DNA of 64,000 nucleotides from a candidate division FCPU426 bacterium. GTDB taxonomy: Bacteria; Oederibacteriota; Muellerivitia; Muellerivitales; Muellerivitaceae. The notes under the pieces are model-generated. The model saw only the letters and a program-made list of their open reading frames with translations. It did not search any database and was not told the DNA's origin. Of the stretch, positions 30,310 through 42,693 are shown piece after piece. A program made the position numbers and the translations under genes. Location of the stretch: positions 1 to 64,000 of the forward strand of contig CAWCKJ010000015.1 in assembly GCA_963796105.1 (NCBI GenBank), read 5' to 3'. Numbering within the stretch: position 1 is the first letter of the stretch; every line of letters starts with the position of its first letter.

Positions 30310-31194
30310 CTAATTCTTCCTATCGACTCCATCGAAAATTTCTGAAAGGTACTCAGCGAGGCCCACCATGGTGGGGCCGGGAATCAAATATTCGTCCTCC
30401 TTCAAGAAATAGAGGCGGTTATTCTTTACCGCGCTTAAAGAAGGGAGCATCGCCCAGGCTCTTTGGGCTTCCTCGATAGTGTCTTTCGTGGCTTCATCGC
30501 TGGGAATGGCATCAATGATGACTTCAGGATTCTTCTTGATGAGATTTTCCTTGGAAGCAAGTGGAAAAGGAATGTCAGTACCAGCCATAACGTTATTCCC
30601 ACCCACCCATTTCAATATTTCACCGACAAAGCAATTGGTTCCGGCGGTATAAATCTGCTGGAGGGATCCCACCCCGTGCCCCACCACAAACAGTATGGAA
30701 ACCGCCCTTCGGGTCTTGGCCTTTTCACGGATGTCTTCCAAACGCTTTACCAGTTTGGCTTTTGCCCGGCCCGCCTGCATCTTGCATCCCAGTTTTTCCC
30801 CAAGTAAATCATAGGTTTCCAGCACTTCTTCTATCCTGTCGTTACTATGGACGAGAATAGGTATATGGAGGCTTTTAAGGGTTTCAGCGGTACTTTCGCT
30901 TGCAGGCAAAAGCAAAACCAAGTCCGGTGACAATGCAACGATCTTCTCGATATCTGGATTCAAAAAACCGCCTACAACCTCCTTCTTTTGCGCCTCCTGG
31001 GGGAACTTGCAAAATTTCGTTACCCCGATCAATCGGTCCTGGACGCCGATATCGTAGAGAATCTCGGTGTAATGCGGCGAAAGTGAAATAATGCGCTGGG
31101 GAAAAACCGGAGTATCCCCCGCCCACAACCGGTCACCCGGCGAGAAGATTACCAACCCCAATAAGAACAGGTAATCCTTTAGGGCTCTTTTCAT
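30310..31194 (-). CDS. btuF: periplasmic cobalamin-binding protein
   Basis: RIISLSPHYTEILY, NPDIEKIVALSPDL, PGP; cob context. Confidence 0.85.
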   Translation of the reverse strand: MKRALKDYLFLLGLVIFSPGDRLWAGDTPVFPQRIISLSPHYTEILYDIGVQDRLIGVTKFCKFPQEAQKKEVVGGFLNPDIEKIVALSPDLVLLLPASESTAETLKSLHIPILVHSNDRIEEVLETYDLLGEKLGCKMQAGRAKAKLVKRLEDIREKAKTRRAVSILFVVGHGVGSLQQIYTAGTNCFVGEILKWVGGNNVMAGTDIPFPLASKENLIKKNPEVIIDAIPSDEATKDTIEEAQRAWAMLPSLSAVKNNRLYFLKEDEYLIPGPTMVGLAEYLSEIFDGVDRKN

Positions 31195-31865
31195 TTTCCA
31201 ACCTCGCTTTGACCCATGACTTTTAAAACCGCCTTTCCCACCAACTCGCCCAACACCGTGTGCTTGCCCGCATAGACCCTCATCTCTTTTCCGGAAGGAC
31301 AAGCCACGGTGACACAGTCGGTGCCGGTTCCGGTCGCGGGAGTACCGGTCACCCGGCTTTTGACCTTTAATCCAAGCACCGCCAAGGTCCTGGCTTCCAC
31401 GGCTATTTGAAGAACCTCAAAAAGCGTCGGCAGGGCCAGGGGTTTTGATATCCAAATCAACAAATTTATCGTTCCCACCTTCCTGGAGTCATGAGAAGTT
31501 CTTTCTCCCACCCTCACCGCGTTGGAAAAACCGGCAGTCCCCACAGCAAAGACTTCCCAACTTTTTCGGGACAAAACCGCTTTCTTGAATTTTCGGATGT
31601 CCCCACTCGTCATCTGCCCCACCACGCCTCCGGAAAAGCCCAGGTGTTTCCCGACTCGTTTTAAAGTCCTCGCCGGATGTTCAATATCACAACGGAGCTT
31701 TCGGGATTCTTTGACTTGGTGATTGATCCAATGCCGCATCAGGGTCACCCCGCCTCCGAGAGGCGCCCAACCCACAGCCCGGCAAATTCCGGGAAAAGTA
31801 ACTGTCAAGGCTTCGGCGTAAAGTGAAATTCGGGGCAGGGCTTTTTTCAAGAAGACAACCTCCAT
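31191..31865 (-). CDS. cbiZ: adenosylcobinamide amidohydrolase
   Basis: GTINL, ATGTGTDCV, YAGKHT.LGEL. Confidence 0.88.
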   Translation of the reverse strand: MEVVFLKKALPRISLYAEALTVTFPGICRAVGWAPLGGGVTLMRHWINHQVKESRKLRCDIEHPARTLKRVGKHLGFSGGVVGQMTSGDIRKFKKAVLSRKSWEVFAVGTAGFSNAVRVGERTSHDSRKVGTINLLIWISKPLALPTLFEVLQIAVEARTLAVLGLKVKSRVTGTPATGTGTDCVTVACPSGKEMRVYAGKHTVLGELVGKAVLKVMGQSEVGK

Positions 31866-32791
31866 GCGGTTAGGATTAATCCCAACATCACCACTAACGC
31901 TCCCATCCATAGCAATCGAATTGCCTTTGAGATGTCCCCAGCCCCGCAAATCTTTCCCGAGGGATTCAAAAATGCGCTCCGGTAAACTTTACCCCCGTAA
32001 AAGTTCGTTCCCCCCAGCCGCACCCCGAGCGCACCAGCGAAGGCGGCCTCCCCATGCGCAGCGTTGGGGCTCGAATGTTTTAACCGGTCGCGGAAAAAAC
32101 ATTGAAAAAGGCCCCGCGCTGAAAGGTCTGAAAGAAGGGCCGCCGGGAAGAGAACCAGGATGCTTAAGCGGGCGGGGATAAAATTCATGGCGTCATCCAA
32201 TCTCGCCGCCGCCCAACCAAACTGCCGGTAAGGCGGGTCCGGGTGACCGATCATGGAATCACCCGTGCTCACCGCCTTGAAAAAAAAGGCTCCCGGCGCG
32301 CCAAAAAGGAACCCCCAAAAAACCGGCGAAAGGAACCCGTCAACGAAACTTTCACCCACGGTTTCCACCGCCCCCCTGGAAACTTCCGACGGGGATAATT
32401 TCTTTGTATCTCTTCCCACCACACGGGACAAAATCCGTCTGGCAAACAGTAAGCGCTTTTCTTCCAAAGCCTGGTTTATAGGCCGGACCGCATCCGATAA
32501 GCCACGCACGGATAGGCAAAAATAGAGGAGAAGGCCCTCCAACGCCAAATACGCAACAGGATTTTCCACCCAATGAAGGACTAAAAAGGGGATGACTGAC
32601 GAAGCAATGGCAAGTAACAAAACCGTCAAGACACCCTGAAATCTTGTCAAACGCCCCTTCTGGAGGAAGAACAATTCCAGCCGGTGATAACCAATTCCCA
32701 TGAATCGAACTGGATGGGGCCAGGTTTCTGGATCACCCAACAATGCATCCAAAACAATTGCCCCAATCAAGGCCCAAACGTGCTCCCTCAT
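31847..32791 (-). CDS. cbiB: adenosylcobinamide-phosphate synthase
   Basis: GDP..WPHPV, VVGRDT, DSMIG, ARLDD..NFIPAR, SPNA. Confidence 0.95.
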   Translation of the reverse strand: MREHVWALIGAIVLDALLGDPETWPHPVRFMGIGYHRLELFFLQKGRLTRFQGVLTVLLLAIASSVIPFLVLHWVENPVAYLALEGLLLYFCLSVRGLSDAVRPINQALEEKRLLFARRILSRVVGRDTKKLSPSEVSRGAVETVGESFVDGFLSPVFWGFLFGAPGAFFFKAVSTGDSMIGHPDPPYRQFGWAAARLDDAMNFIPARLSILVLFPAALLSDLSARGLFQCFFRDRLKHSSPNAAHGEAAFAGALGVRLGGTNFYGGKVYRSAFLNPSGKICGAGDISKAIRLLWMGALVVMLGLILTAWRLSS

Positions 32792-33879
32792 GGCCCATCC
32801 CTTTGTTGAAGTGCCGCCAAGAGACGGTCATTATCAGGTGGAGTTCTTAAGCCAATCCTGAAAAAACGGCTTCCAAGGCCCTCGTGACTTTCCAGTGTGC
32901 GAATGAGCATCCTGTTTTCTTCCAAGAGACTTTTTTGCAGGGTGCGTGAATCAAATCCGGGAGTAGTGCCTTTGACCGTAAAGGCCGTGATAGAAGAAGG
33001 AAACACCTTGTAGTTCCTCAGTTTGGAAAGCTTTCGGCAAACCCGATTCTTCTCCACCAAATTTCTTCCCGAAACCTCAGAAAGCCATTTGTCCTGACTC
33101 AAAAGATAGGCACCGGCTTCAAGGGCCAACGCGGATGGGCTCCAAGGAATTTGGAGTTTTCGGAAATGACCGGAAAACTTGGCCGGGACGACCATGTATC
33201 CCAACCTTAAACCCGGAACCGCATACGTTTTGGAAAAGGATCTCAAGATCGCCAAGTTGGTCAATAAAGGGAAATGGATAAAACTATCACCTGGATTTTC
33301 CGAAATTTCCAGGCAGGTTTCATCCACCACGAAAAATGTTTCCGGATGATTTTCCATCGCCTGTAAAAGATCGCGTAAAGGCCAGTTCTGCCCAATTGGA
33401 TTATTGGGTCTGGCCAAAATGATCCAATCAGGTTTTGCTCCCAACATTTTCTCCCACTCATAACGGGGAAATTCAAAGTTCTCGGCTTCCAATGCCGTAA
33501 CATATCGAGGCACTGCGTCCACCATGCGCAGGGCGGGTTCATAATCCCCGTAAGTGGGCCCTAGTATCACCGGACGCCTTGGTCTCTTTACCAACGGCAG
33601 AAAGCGAATGAATTCGGTAGTGCCTGCTCCGATTAAAACTTGATCGGGTTCAATTTTTAGTTTATCAGCGATTTTTTTCCGCAAGGTCTCTCCTGAAGAG
33701 GGATGACGAAAAGCGGAAACAATTTTCGATTTTAAATAGTCCTCTAAACCAGGCGGAGGTTCTGGCGAGATCGAAAGGTTGGAGAAATCGATAATTTCTT
33801 CTGGCTTACAACCGGCGGATTTCGATGCTTTTTCCAGGTCGCCCCCGTGTTCAAAAACAAGGAACTTCCCCGGCTTCAC
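32788..33879 (-). CDS. cobD: threonine-phosphate decarboxylase
   Basis: EHGG...IIDFSN, PNNP.G, VVDE, RSFSK.Y..PGLRLGY (PLP lysine). Confidence 0.88.
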   Translation of the reverse strand: MKPGKFLVFEHGGDLEKASKSAGCKPEEIIDFSNLSISPEPPPGLEDYLKSKIVSAFRHPSSGETLRKKIADKLKIEPDQVLIGAGTTEFIRFLPLVKRPRRPVILGPTYGDYEPALRMVDAVPRYVTALEAENFEFPRYEWEKMLGAKPDWIILARPNNPIGQNWPLRDLLQAMENHPETFFVVDETCLEISENPGDSFIHFPLLTNLAILRSFSKTYAVPGLRLGYMVVPAKFSGHFRKLQIPWSPSALALEAGAYLLSQDKWLSEVSGRNLVEKNRVCRKLSKLRNYKVFPSSITAFTVKGTTPGFDSRTLQKSLLEENRMLIRTLESHEGLGSRFFRIGLRTPPDNDRLLAALQQRDGP

Positions 33880-35381
33880 GACGCGCCTTTATCGATAATC
33901 TGGTTAAGGACTTCCAGATTCATATGCTCTTTTATCATGACGCTTAACCGTTCATATTCTATTTCTTTGGAGAAAATACTTAATTTCAATTTCACTCCCT
34001 TACGGCGGGCCAATTCACTCAATAGACCCGACCTCAAATGCTCATTCTCAAACAGCCCGTGCAGGAGGGTTCCCATGGTGGCCCCAACAACGGTTCCCTC
34101 GGCTTCCTCAACCGTCTTCCCATTGCGGGATGTGACTTTAAAAAGAGACAGTGAACTTCCGGTGTTTTTGACAAGTCCCATGTGGATTTCATAGACCTTA
34201 ATCTTCCCTACCCCGGAACCCCAAAAACCATTTCCTATCCCCAAAGCCTCAACTTGAGCCGTCACCTTCTCCTTTTCAAAACGGGTTATAACAGGTAAAT
34301 AACCTAGGCCCTTGACGGAAACCTGTTGTGATTCCACCTGGTGCGGGTCTTCGATGATTTCACCCAGCATTTGGTAACCTCCGCAGACACCCAGGATGGG
34401 ATGGCCTTCCGTCGCCCTTACCTTGAGCGACGATTCAAAACCCGATTCCTTCAGCCAGCGCAAATCGGCCACGGTGGTCTTGGTGCCCGGAAGGATGACC
34501 AGGTCGGCCCCTTTCACCTCAACGGGCCGGGAGACATAACGCACTCGGACGCCTTCGGATTTTTCCAGGGGCAGGAAATCATCGAAGTTGGAAAGATGGG
34601 GAAATCGCAGGATGGCGATATCCAACAAATCCTTTCCGTTAGTGGTCTGGGAATCCTCCAATGCCACCGAATCCTCCCCGGCCAGTCCCAGGTTCGACAA
34701 AAAAGGGAGAACCCCCAGGACCGGAAGGCCTGTTTTTTGTTCCAGGAAAGAAAGGCCGGGTTTGAGGATGTCCAGGTTGCCCCGGAACTTGTTAATGACA
34801 AGCCCCTTCACCCTGGCCCGGTCAGAAGGAGAAAGCAGTTCCAACGTTCCCAGGAGGGAGGCGAAAACCCCGCCCCGGTCAATGTCCCCCACCAGCAGCA
34901 CTGGAGCCTTCGCGAGCCTCGCAGGGAACATATTGGCAAGGTCCCTCTCTTGGAGATTCACTTCTGCTGGGCTTCCCGCGCCTTCCAGGATGACCAACCC
35001 GTACTCCCCCATCAGTCGCTTAAGGGAAGCCTCAATGACCGGCCTAAGTTTTTGGGAGTAACCGTAAAATTCCTCTCCTGTCATGGAAGCCACCGCCCGG
35101 CCCTCCACCACCACCTGCACGCGGTGGTCCGATTCGCATTTGAGGAGCACGGGATTCATGTCCACCCGTGGATCAATACCACAAGCCTGGGCCTGCTCCG
35201 CCTGGGCCCGGCCGATCTCCAGCCCCTCGGGGGTCACAAAGGAATTCAGGGCCATGTTTTGTGATTTGAAAGGTGCCACTTGGACGCCCATTTGGTGGAA
35301 GTAGCGGCAGAGGGCCGTAACCAAAAGGCTTTTCCCCACATTGGAGGCAGTGCCTTGCACCATCAGGGAACGGGCAGTCAT
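33876..35381 (-). CDS. cobQ: cobyric acid synthase
   Basis: GTASNVGKS, PFKSQNMALNS, EGAGSPAE, GVCGGYQMLG, LHGLF. Confidence 0.97.
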   Translation of the reverse strand: MTARSLMVQGTASNVGKSLLVTALCRYFHQMGVQVAPFKSQNMALNSFVTPEGLEIGRAQAEQAQACGIDPRVDMNPVLLKCESDHRVQVVVEGRAVASMTGEEFYGYSQKLRPVIEASLKRLMGEYGLVILEGAGSPAEVNLQERDLANMFPARLAKAPVLLVGDIDRGGVFASLLGTLELLSPSDRARVKGLVINKFRGNLDILKPGLSFLEQKTGLPVLGVLPFLSNLGLAGEDSVALEDSQTTNGKDLLDIAILRFPHLSNFDDFLPLEKSEGVRVRYVSRPVEVKGADLVILPGTKTTVADLRWLKESGFESSLKVRATEGHPILGVCGGYQMLGEIIEDPHQVESQQVSVKGLGYLPVITRFEKEKVTAQVEALGIGNGFWGSGVGKIKVYEIHMGLVKNTGSSLSLFKVTSRNGKTVEEAEGTVVGATMGTLLHGLFENEHLRSGLLSELARRKGVKLKLSIFSKEIEYERLSVMIKEHMNLEVLNQIIDKGAS

Positions 35382-35932
35382 CAGAAATCCACACCCGGCT
35401 TGGCGGGCATGCCCAGGTCAAATGGATGTTTCACTTTTTTCATTTCCGTCACTAGGTCCGCCATCCCAACCAGTTCCTTCGGCGCGTTTCTCCCAGTCAG
35501 GACCACTGTCAAATTCGAGGGGCGGTTCTTTAAGGCTTGGACCACATCGGCTAATTCGATGAACTGGAAATTGATGGCGTATGTAATCTCATCCAACGTA
35601 AGAAGAAAATATTCACCCGAAGCCATAAAACCCTTGGCCTTTTCCCAAGCGGCTTGGGCGGCGGCCTTATCCACATTTAAGTCGGTGCTTTCCCAAGTGA
35701 ACCCCTCGCCCATGGTTGAAAAGTTTAATTGTGGGAGCGTGGCGGCGAACTTGCTGTCTCCGGTTTTCCATTTTCCCTTGATGAATTGGATGACAGCCAC
35801 TTTCAAATTCCAACCCAAGGCCCGGTACACCATACCGAGGGCGGCGCTGGTTTTACCCTTCCCTTCACCTGTATAAATGATGAGAAGGCCCTTTTCCTTG
35901 ATCTCCCGTGGCGTCATGGAAGATTCGGTCAT
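35381..35932 (-). CDS. cobO: cob(I)yrinic acid a,c-diamide adenosyltransferase
   Basis: YTGEGKGKTSAALG, QFIKG, TGRNAP, KHPF. Confidence 0.95.
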   Translation of the reverse strand: MTESSMTPREIKEKGLLIIYTGEGKGKTSAALGMVYRALGWNLKVAVIQFIKGKWKTGDSKFAATLPQLNFSTMGEGFTWESTDLNVDKAAAQAAWEKAKGFMASGEYFLLTLDEITYAINFQFIELADVVQALKNRPSNLTVVLTGRNAPKELVGMADLVTEMKKVKHPFDLGMPAKPGVDF

Positions 35933-36603
35933 AAAGGCTCCCTGGGCGAAAGACGACCCCACTGGTCATAGAACACCAGTTCTGATTTGGGAACTTCGGG
36001 GTTCCATCCCGCGGTCTTCAATTCGGGCTCACCAGCGAACTTATCGGTATAACCCATACAAAGATAGGCCACCGGCACGATCCCTTCGGGCAGGTTCAGG
36101 ATGGGCGGCAATTCCTCGGGCTTCAAGATGCTCACCCAGCCCACTCCAATCCCCTCGCACCGGGCCGCAAGCCATAGGTTTTGCACCGCGCAAACGGTGC
36201 TGTAGAGATCCATCTCTGGTTGGGTCGTGCGGCCCAAACCAACGGAGCCGAACCGGTTGCGGTCGCAGGTAACGCAAATATTCAAAGCGCACTCCAGAAT
36301 CCCTTCCAGTTTGAGGGAAGCGTATTTTTCCCCCTTTTCTCCCGCGAAAAGAGCCTTGGCTTCTTCATTGGCCCTGAGGAAGGATTGATGGACCCTTTGG
36401 CGAACAGCCTCGTCCTGAATGATAAGAAAGTTCCAAGGTTGCATATAACCCACTGAGGGAGCCTGCATAGCGGCTTCAAGAATCCGGTTTAAAACAATTG
36501 GGGAAATGGGATCTATTTTAAAGCGTCGGACATCCCTTCGTTCTTTGATGACACGGTAAATTGCATCTTTCTCTGTCTGATTGAACTCAATATTTCCGTT
36601 CAT
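35929..36603 (-). CDS. bluB: 5,6-dimethylbenzimidazole synthase
   Basis: RRDVRRF, APSVG.MQPW, YASLKLEGI, CAVQNLWLAAR. Confidence 0.93.
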   Translation of the reverse strand: MNGNIEFNQTEKDAIYRVIKERRDVRRFKIDPISPIVLNRILEAAMQAPSVGYMQPWNFLIIQDEAVRQRVHQSFLRANEEAKALFAGEKGEKYASLKLEGILECALNICVTCDRNRFGSVGLGRTTQPEMDLYSTVCAVQNLWLAARCEGIGVGWVSILKPEELPPILNLPEGIVPVAYLCMGYTDKFAGEPELKTAGWNPEVPKSELVFYDQWGRLSPREPL

Positions 36604-36791
36604 TGAATAGCAGACCAATACTTTTGTTCCTTTAGACTGTGAGCATGCGGATCGTTCAACGCCAAGAATGTCTGCGGAGAACTATTTAATTCGAGAAAGG
36701 AAAGAGATTCGACCGGGCTTTCGGATTTTAAGATGGAAGGTAGGACGGCGATAAACAAGGTTGTCCGCTGAGTAAAAACGCGAAAGGACAT
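36600..36791 (-). CDS. 63-aa leader ORF between riboswitch and bluB
   Basis: ATG lies at about the position equivalent to the btuB start in the paralogous leader; stop overlaps the bluB ATG (ATGA). Confidence 0.4.
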   Translation of the reverse strand: MSFRVFTQRTTLFIAVLPSILKSESPVESLSFLELNSSPQTFLALNDPHAHSLKEQKYWSAIQ

Positions 36792-36900
36792 TAGGCCCAC
36801 TCCCCGAGGCCGAAGGCTTACCGAAAGGAAGGCAGGGAGGAAAACCCCGAAAAAGGCTTAGCTCTCCGCTTCTTACACCCGAAGAAGCCGTCGAAAATTC

Positions 36901-37050
36901 ATCTCAAGGCCGGTTTCCTGACTTGAGGCATTTCACCCTTCCGGCCTTCCCATCCTTATCGGACAGTGGCAAGAAAGAAAACTTCGCCTCTTACAGTGGC
37001 GGGTCCGTGCCGGATTCTAACCGGCTTCCCGAACACCCTGAGTTGTGAAC
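36901..37050 (-). ncRNA. cobalamin riboswitch (bluB operon leader)
   Basis: GGGAAGCCGGTTAGAATCCGGCACGGACCCGCCACTGTA...GCCACTG...GGGAAG...AAGTCAGGAAACCGGCC. Confidence 0.92.
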
Positions 37051-37153
37051 TTGTAAATACTCCTTCATAAGTGCATTGTCAAGGTTAATCACTTTCACAA
37101 AGACCAACCGCCGAGATGAAATCCTCGGATTGCGGTTTAAAATAACAGCAAGT

Positions 37154-37762
37154 CTAAGGAAAGGAAATCTCACCCCACTTTTTACAGATAAGCGATTCCC
37201 CCGCTCTTTCCGCGAGAACATAAGAGGCTTTTTCAATTCCATAACTCTCGGCAAATAAACTGTCTACATTCCTTAGAATCATGGGAAGAACCGCACAAAA
37301 CAACCCGCTATGCCCGATCAGCAGAATTTCCTCTTCTGGAACCACCTCTGCTAACAAAGCTCTCAAGTATGGCAAAAAACGCCGTTCAATGTCCTTACGG
37401 CTTTCTCCACCCTCAATCCGACTGTCAAATTTCCCAGCCAACCAATCTTTTCGTAGTTGCCAATAACGCTCCCAGGCTTCTTGATCACTGCGGCCTTCAA
37501 ACGTACCCATATCGATTTCACGAAGCGCCTCAGATATACCAACCGGGGCCTTCAAAACTTGTCCCAATATTTCAGACGATTCTTTCGCCCGCAAAAGCGG
37601 ACTAGTGAGGATGCGAGTGACTCGAACCGAAGCGAGTTTGGACGCCAAAGCATTCACTTGTCCCCTTCCCATTTCCGTGAGCCCATGCTTGGTTCCACGG
37701 CTGGAAAACTCGCGAAGGATGTTGGCCTCGCTTTCACCATGTCTTGTGAAATAAATTCTCAC
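37154..37762 (-). CDS. histidine phosphatase family protein (possibly CobC-like)
   Basis: RHGES, TSPLLRA, EIDMG, GHSG. Confidence 0.85.
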   Translation of the reverse strand: MRIYFTRHGESEANILREFSSRGTKHGLTEMGRGQVNALASKLASVRVTRILTSPLLRAKESSEILGQVLKAPVGISEALREIDMGTFEGRSDQEAWERYWQLRKDWLAGKFDSRIEGGESRKDIERRFLPYLRALLAEVVPEEEILLIGHSGLFCAVLPMILRNVDSLFAESYGIEKASYVLAERAGESLICKKWGEISFP

Positions 37763-37853
37763 GCAGGTTCCGTTTTCATCTTTAAATGATTTAACTTTGA
37801 ATAGGAAGGTAATTAAGCTTCGCGCTAGAACCCTTTAAGACCTTGCCTTTGAG

Positions 37854-40077
<2,224 letters not shown>

Positions 40078-40290
40078 TCACCCATCAAGGAAGAAGTATA
40101 TGCCCGGAAAAAAACAGAACACCAATCAAAATCATTTAGACAATAACAACAATAACCTTTTATATAACGTATCACTGGATATCATTCGGGTTAATTTTTA
40201 CTTTCTTAAAAGATTCGATAAGAAAAAGTTCTTACTAAAAACGAACCGAGTTCAGGCCTTCAATCTTGCAATGAGTCTGCCCCAACGCCA

Positions 40291-40794
40291 TTATTTGCTT
40301 CCTCGCTGGACCATCAAATCGAGGTCTTCCCGGAGACTTTGAAGGTCTTCCTCGTGCTCAACCTCTTGCTCCAGAATCGTCAGAGCCATGTTGTAGGTCA
40401 CCATATCCTTGTCCTTGGTGGCGTCCATGAGGCCTTTATATACACTGATGGCACATTGCTCGCCTTCAATGTTCTGGTCGAGTAAGACCGCTACGTAAGG
40501 GTCCTCGGGCGCGTCATACTTGCAAGGGCTCAACTCCATCCAACCCTTGGGCGATAGGACGGGCGTACCGCCCAGTTGAATGATTCTTCCCGCAACGAGT
40601 ACTGCGTGACCAAGTTCCTCCGTGGCGTGCAGGTTCAATTCCGCCGCGACGGCATCCTTCATTGGCCCCTTGATGACTTTCGCGCCGATCCAATATTGGT
40701 AATAAGCCAACCACTCGCTGGCGTAGGCCTGGTTGAGAAGCTTGAGGATATGTTCCACTTCAATCCCAACGATTTCACGACCCCTTGTTCCCAT
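40291..40794 (-). CDS. DPS-like / bacterioferritin-like ferritin
   Basis: AYASEWLAYYQYW, EELGHA, EVEHEED. Confidence 0.88.
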   Translation of the reverse strand: MGTRGREIVGIEVEHILKLLNQAYASEWLAYYQYWIGAKVIKGPMKDAVAAELNLHATEELGHAVLVAGRIIQLGGTPVLSPKGWMELSPCKYDAPEDPYVAVLLDQNIEGEQCAISVYKGLMDATKDKDMVTYNMALTILEQEVEHEEDLQSLREDLDLMVQRGSK

Positions 40795-40991
40795 AAAATG
40801 AATTCTCCTTTTGATTAACCAACGACAACCGGAAAGCCGATCTTCACGAAACCGCCATTATCAATTAACCGAGGATGAAGTCTATGAGCCGGATCATCAC
40901 GGGATTTTGAACATTTCAGGAAAAGGTCTAAGGTCGCATTAACAGAGTTTAAATGAGAGAATTCACCTTGATACAAAAATGCATTTTCTGT

Positions 40992-42332
40992 TCAAAGTTC
41001 CAAATGGGTCCGAAAGCCCCAAACAACCACCGGACCCCGATCCTGGTTGTAACCTGGATCCACGATATATTGAAAATCAGGTGATAGACCAACCTCCTTG
41101 ATAGGGTGGAAGTTATAAAAGGCTTCCACAATCATCTCGGGTGCATAGTTCAATTGCCCATCCCCGATGTTGAAGTCAAGACCGCCCGCCGCCAAGTAAG
41201 CTTGGTGACTCGCAGAAAGCCCGCTGATCGCCCCGCCCAAGCCAAATTGGTCGTCCGACCTCCCCCACCTGTTTCCCGAAAGAAGAAAACCCACTTGGGC
41301 CGTTTGGTCAATGGCAGTGAATGACCAAGTCTCTGTGGCACCGTCATTCCAGCCCAACCGGGCAAACAGCCCCAAATCCACTGCCATCTCCTGCTCGAAA
41401 TCCAATCCAAATCCCCATTTGACTCGGTAAGCGGCGGTATCGTCGATCACCGGCAGATTCCCCGTCCCCGCCGCTAAAGCTACTGCTTCTGTGTAATCGC
41501 CCATGTGGGCATTATTCATAAATGCGTCCAGACGAACTTTGCCGGGATGGGTTCCAATGCTAAAGCGGTACTCGAACTCCGCCGTATCTCCGTGAGCTTG
41601 GGAGAAGTCCATGTCCATCTCTTCCCCATTCTCCACCTGGGTTTCCATGACGCTGGACAACCTCAAGGCCCAATACTTTTGGTTGTATTCCAATATCACA
41701 CCCCACGTATAGCCCGGCGTGTCCGCCGGATAATCCCAGGCCCCGTTGGCCCACATGGCCCAATTGGTGAATTGGCAGCGGGGATCAGCGCTATAAGTGT
41801 TCTGATCGAAAAAATCCGTCATGCTGAACTTCCCCGCGACAAGAGTTATGCGAGAAACATCAATCCTTTCCGCCAATTGGTTCTGGTCATCCTTGATCTC
41901 CTCCTGTTCGCCTCCTAAGCCGAATACCTGCCTAAAGTAGAGGCGGTTCATGATGGTCTTCAGGCTTGTGCTGGATACTCGGTAGATTTCCCCGTTGGGA
42001 AACCCCGCGATTCCCGTAACATTGCTGAAGCCAGCGCCCGCAGAACTTTCCAGGTTCAAGTAAAGAGCGCCGTCCCGCCACAAGCGCCCCCCCAGGAAGA
42101 GGGTTGCGGTTGTGGATGAGTCCAATTCATCACCGTCAATTAGACTTCCATAACCTGGATTACCCGGATAAAGGGCCCGGAAGGTGCCGTGGTACATTGG
42201 AAACTCCGTGGCTTGGAAGTGATAAGTCCACGAAGCCGGGACGAACCCGGAATCACTTGATCCTTCCGGTTCCCCGAAAACGGGATGCACCGCGACCAGA
42301 TAACAAACGAGTAAAAGGTTTGATATTTTCAT
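40992..42332 (-). CDS. OprB-family porin (MnoP-like, possible metal porin)
   Basis: GFPNGE, GAWDYPAD..GYT, PGYNQDRGP, terminal beta strand. Confidence 0.82.
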   Translation of the reverse strand: MKISNLLLVCYLVAVHPVFGEPEGSSDSGFVPASWTYHFQATEFPMYHGTFRALYPGNPGYGSLIDGDELDSSTTATLFLGGRLWRDGALYLNLESSAGAGFSNVTGIAGFPNGEIYRVSSTSLKTIMNRLYFRQVFGLGGEQEEIKDDQNQLAERIDVSRITLVAGKFSMTDFFDQNTYSADPRCQFTNWAMWANGAWDYPADTPGYTWGVILEYNQKYWALRLSSVMETQVENGEEMDMDFSQAHGDTAEFEYRFSIGTHPGKVRLDAFMNNAHMGDYTEAVALAAGTGNLPVIDDTAAYRVKWGFGLDFEQEMAVDLGLFARLGWNDGATETWSFTAIDQTAQVGFLLSGNRWGRSDDQFGLGGAISGLSASHQAYLAAGGLDFNIGDGQLNYAPEMIVEAFYNFHPIKEVGLSPDFQYIVDPGYNQDRGPVVVWGFRTHLEL

Positions 42333-42383
42333 GATTCCTCAACTCCGATTTTTCTCCCCTTCGGTGACAATTCCCCTGAAAAT

Positions 42384-42443
42384 AAAAAAGCCAGAGAGGG
42401 GTTTTTCCCCTTCCTGGCTGGCGGATAATCGGCTGGCTGGAAG
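42384..42443 (-). terminator. intrinsic terminator/attenuator with AGCCAG repeats between hemP and porin
   Basis: Minus strand: CCAGCCAGC-CGATTAT-CCGCCAGCCAGGAAGGGGAAAAACCCCTCTCTGGC-TTTTTT. Confidence 0.75.
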
Positions 42444-42445
42444 TT

Positions 42446-42613
42446 TTACTTGGTTAAAATCAACTTGTCGTTTTTAGTGATATGAAGCCGGTATTCCTCT
42501 TTTCCATGGGTGATGACGACCTCTTTTGACCCTTTAAAAAGATTCTCGCTACCTACCCTCAAGGGTGGTTCTTTTGTAATACGGTTGTTTACCACCCCAA
42601 TTTCCGTTTTCAT
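42446..42613 (-). CDS. hemP: hemin uptake protein HemP/HmuP family
   Basis: SENLF.G.KEVVI.HG.EEYRL.ITKNDKLILTK. Confidence 0.9.
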   Translation of the reverse strand: MKTEIGVVNNRITKEPPLRVGSENLFKGSKEVVITHGKEEYRLHITKNDKLILTK

Positions 42614-42693
42614 ACTCCCTCCTTCATCCCCCATTGGGTGAAATACCGGCGTTCGTTTTTCCTAAACAGGTTTCAACAATTCAGCTCGCTCAA

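Noticed and set aside
34341..35264. 307-aa plus-strand ORF and similar antisense ORFs over cobT, katG and the relaxase
   Set aside because: Shadow frames of well-supported GC-rich genes
40125..40200. OxyR/PerR site upstream of katG
   Set aside because: AT-rich but no convincing dyad
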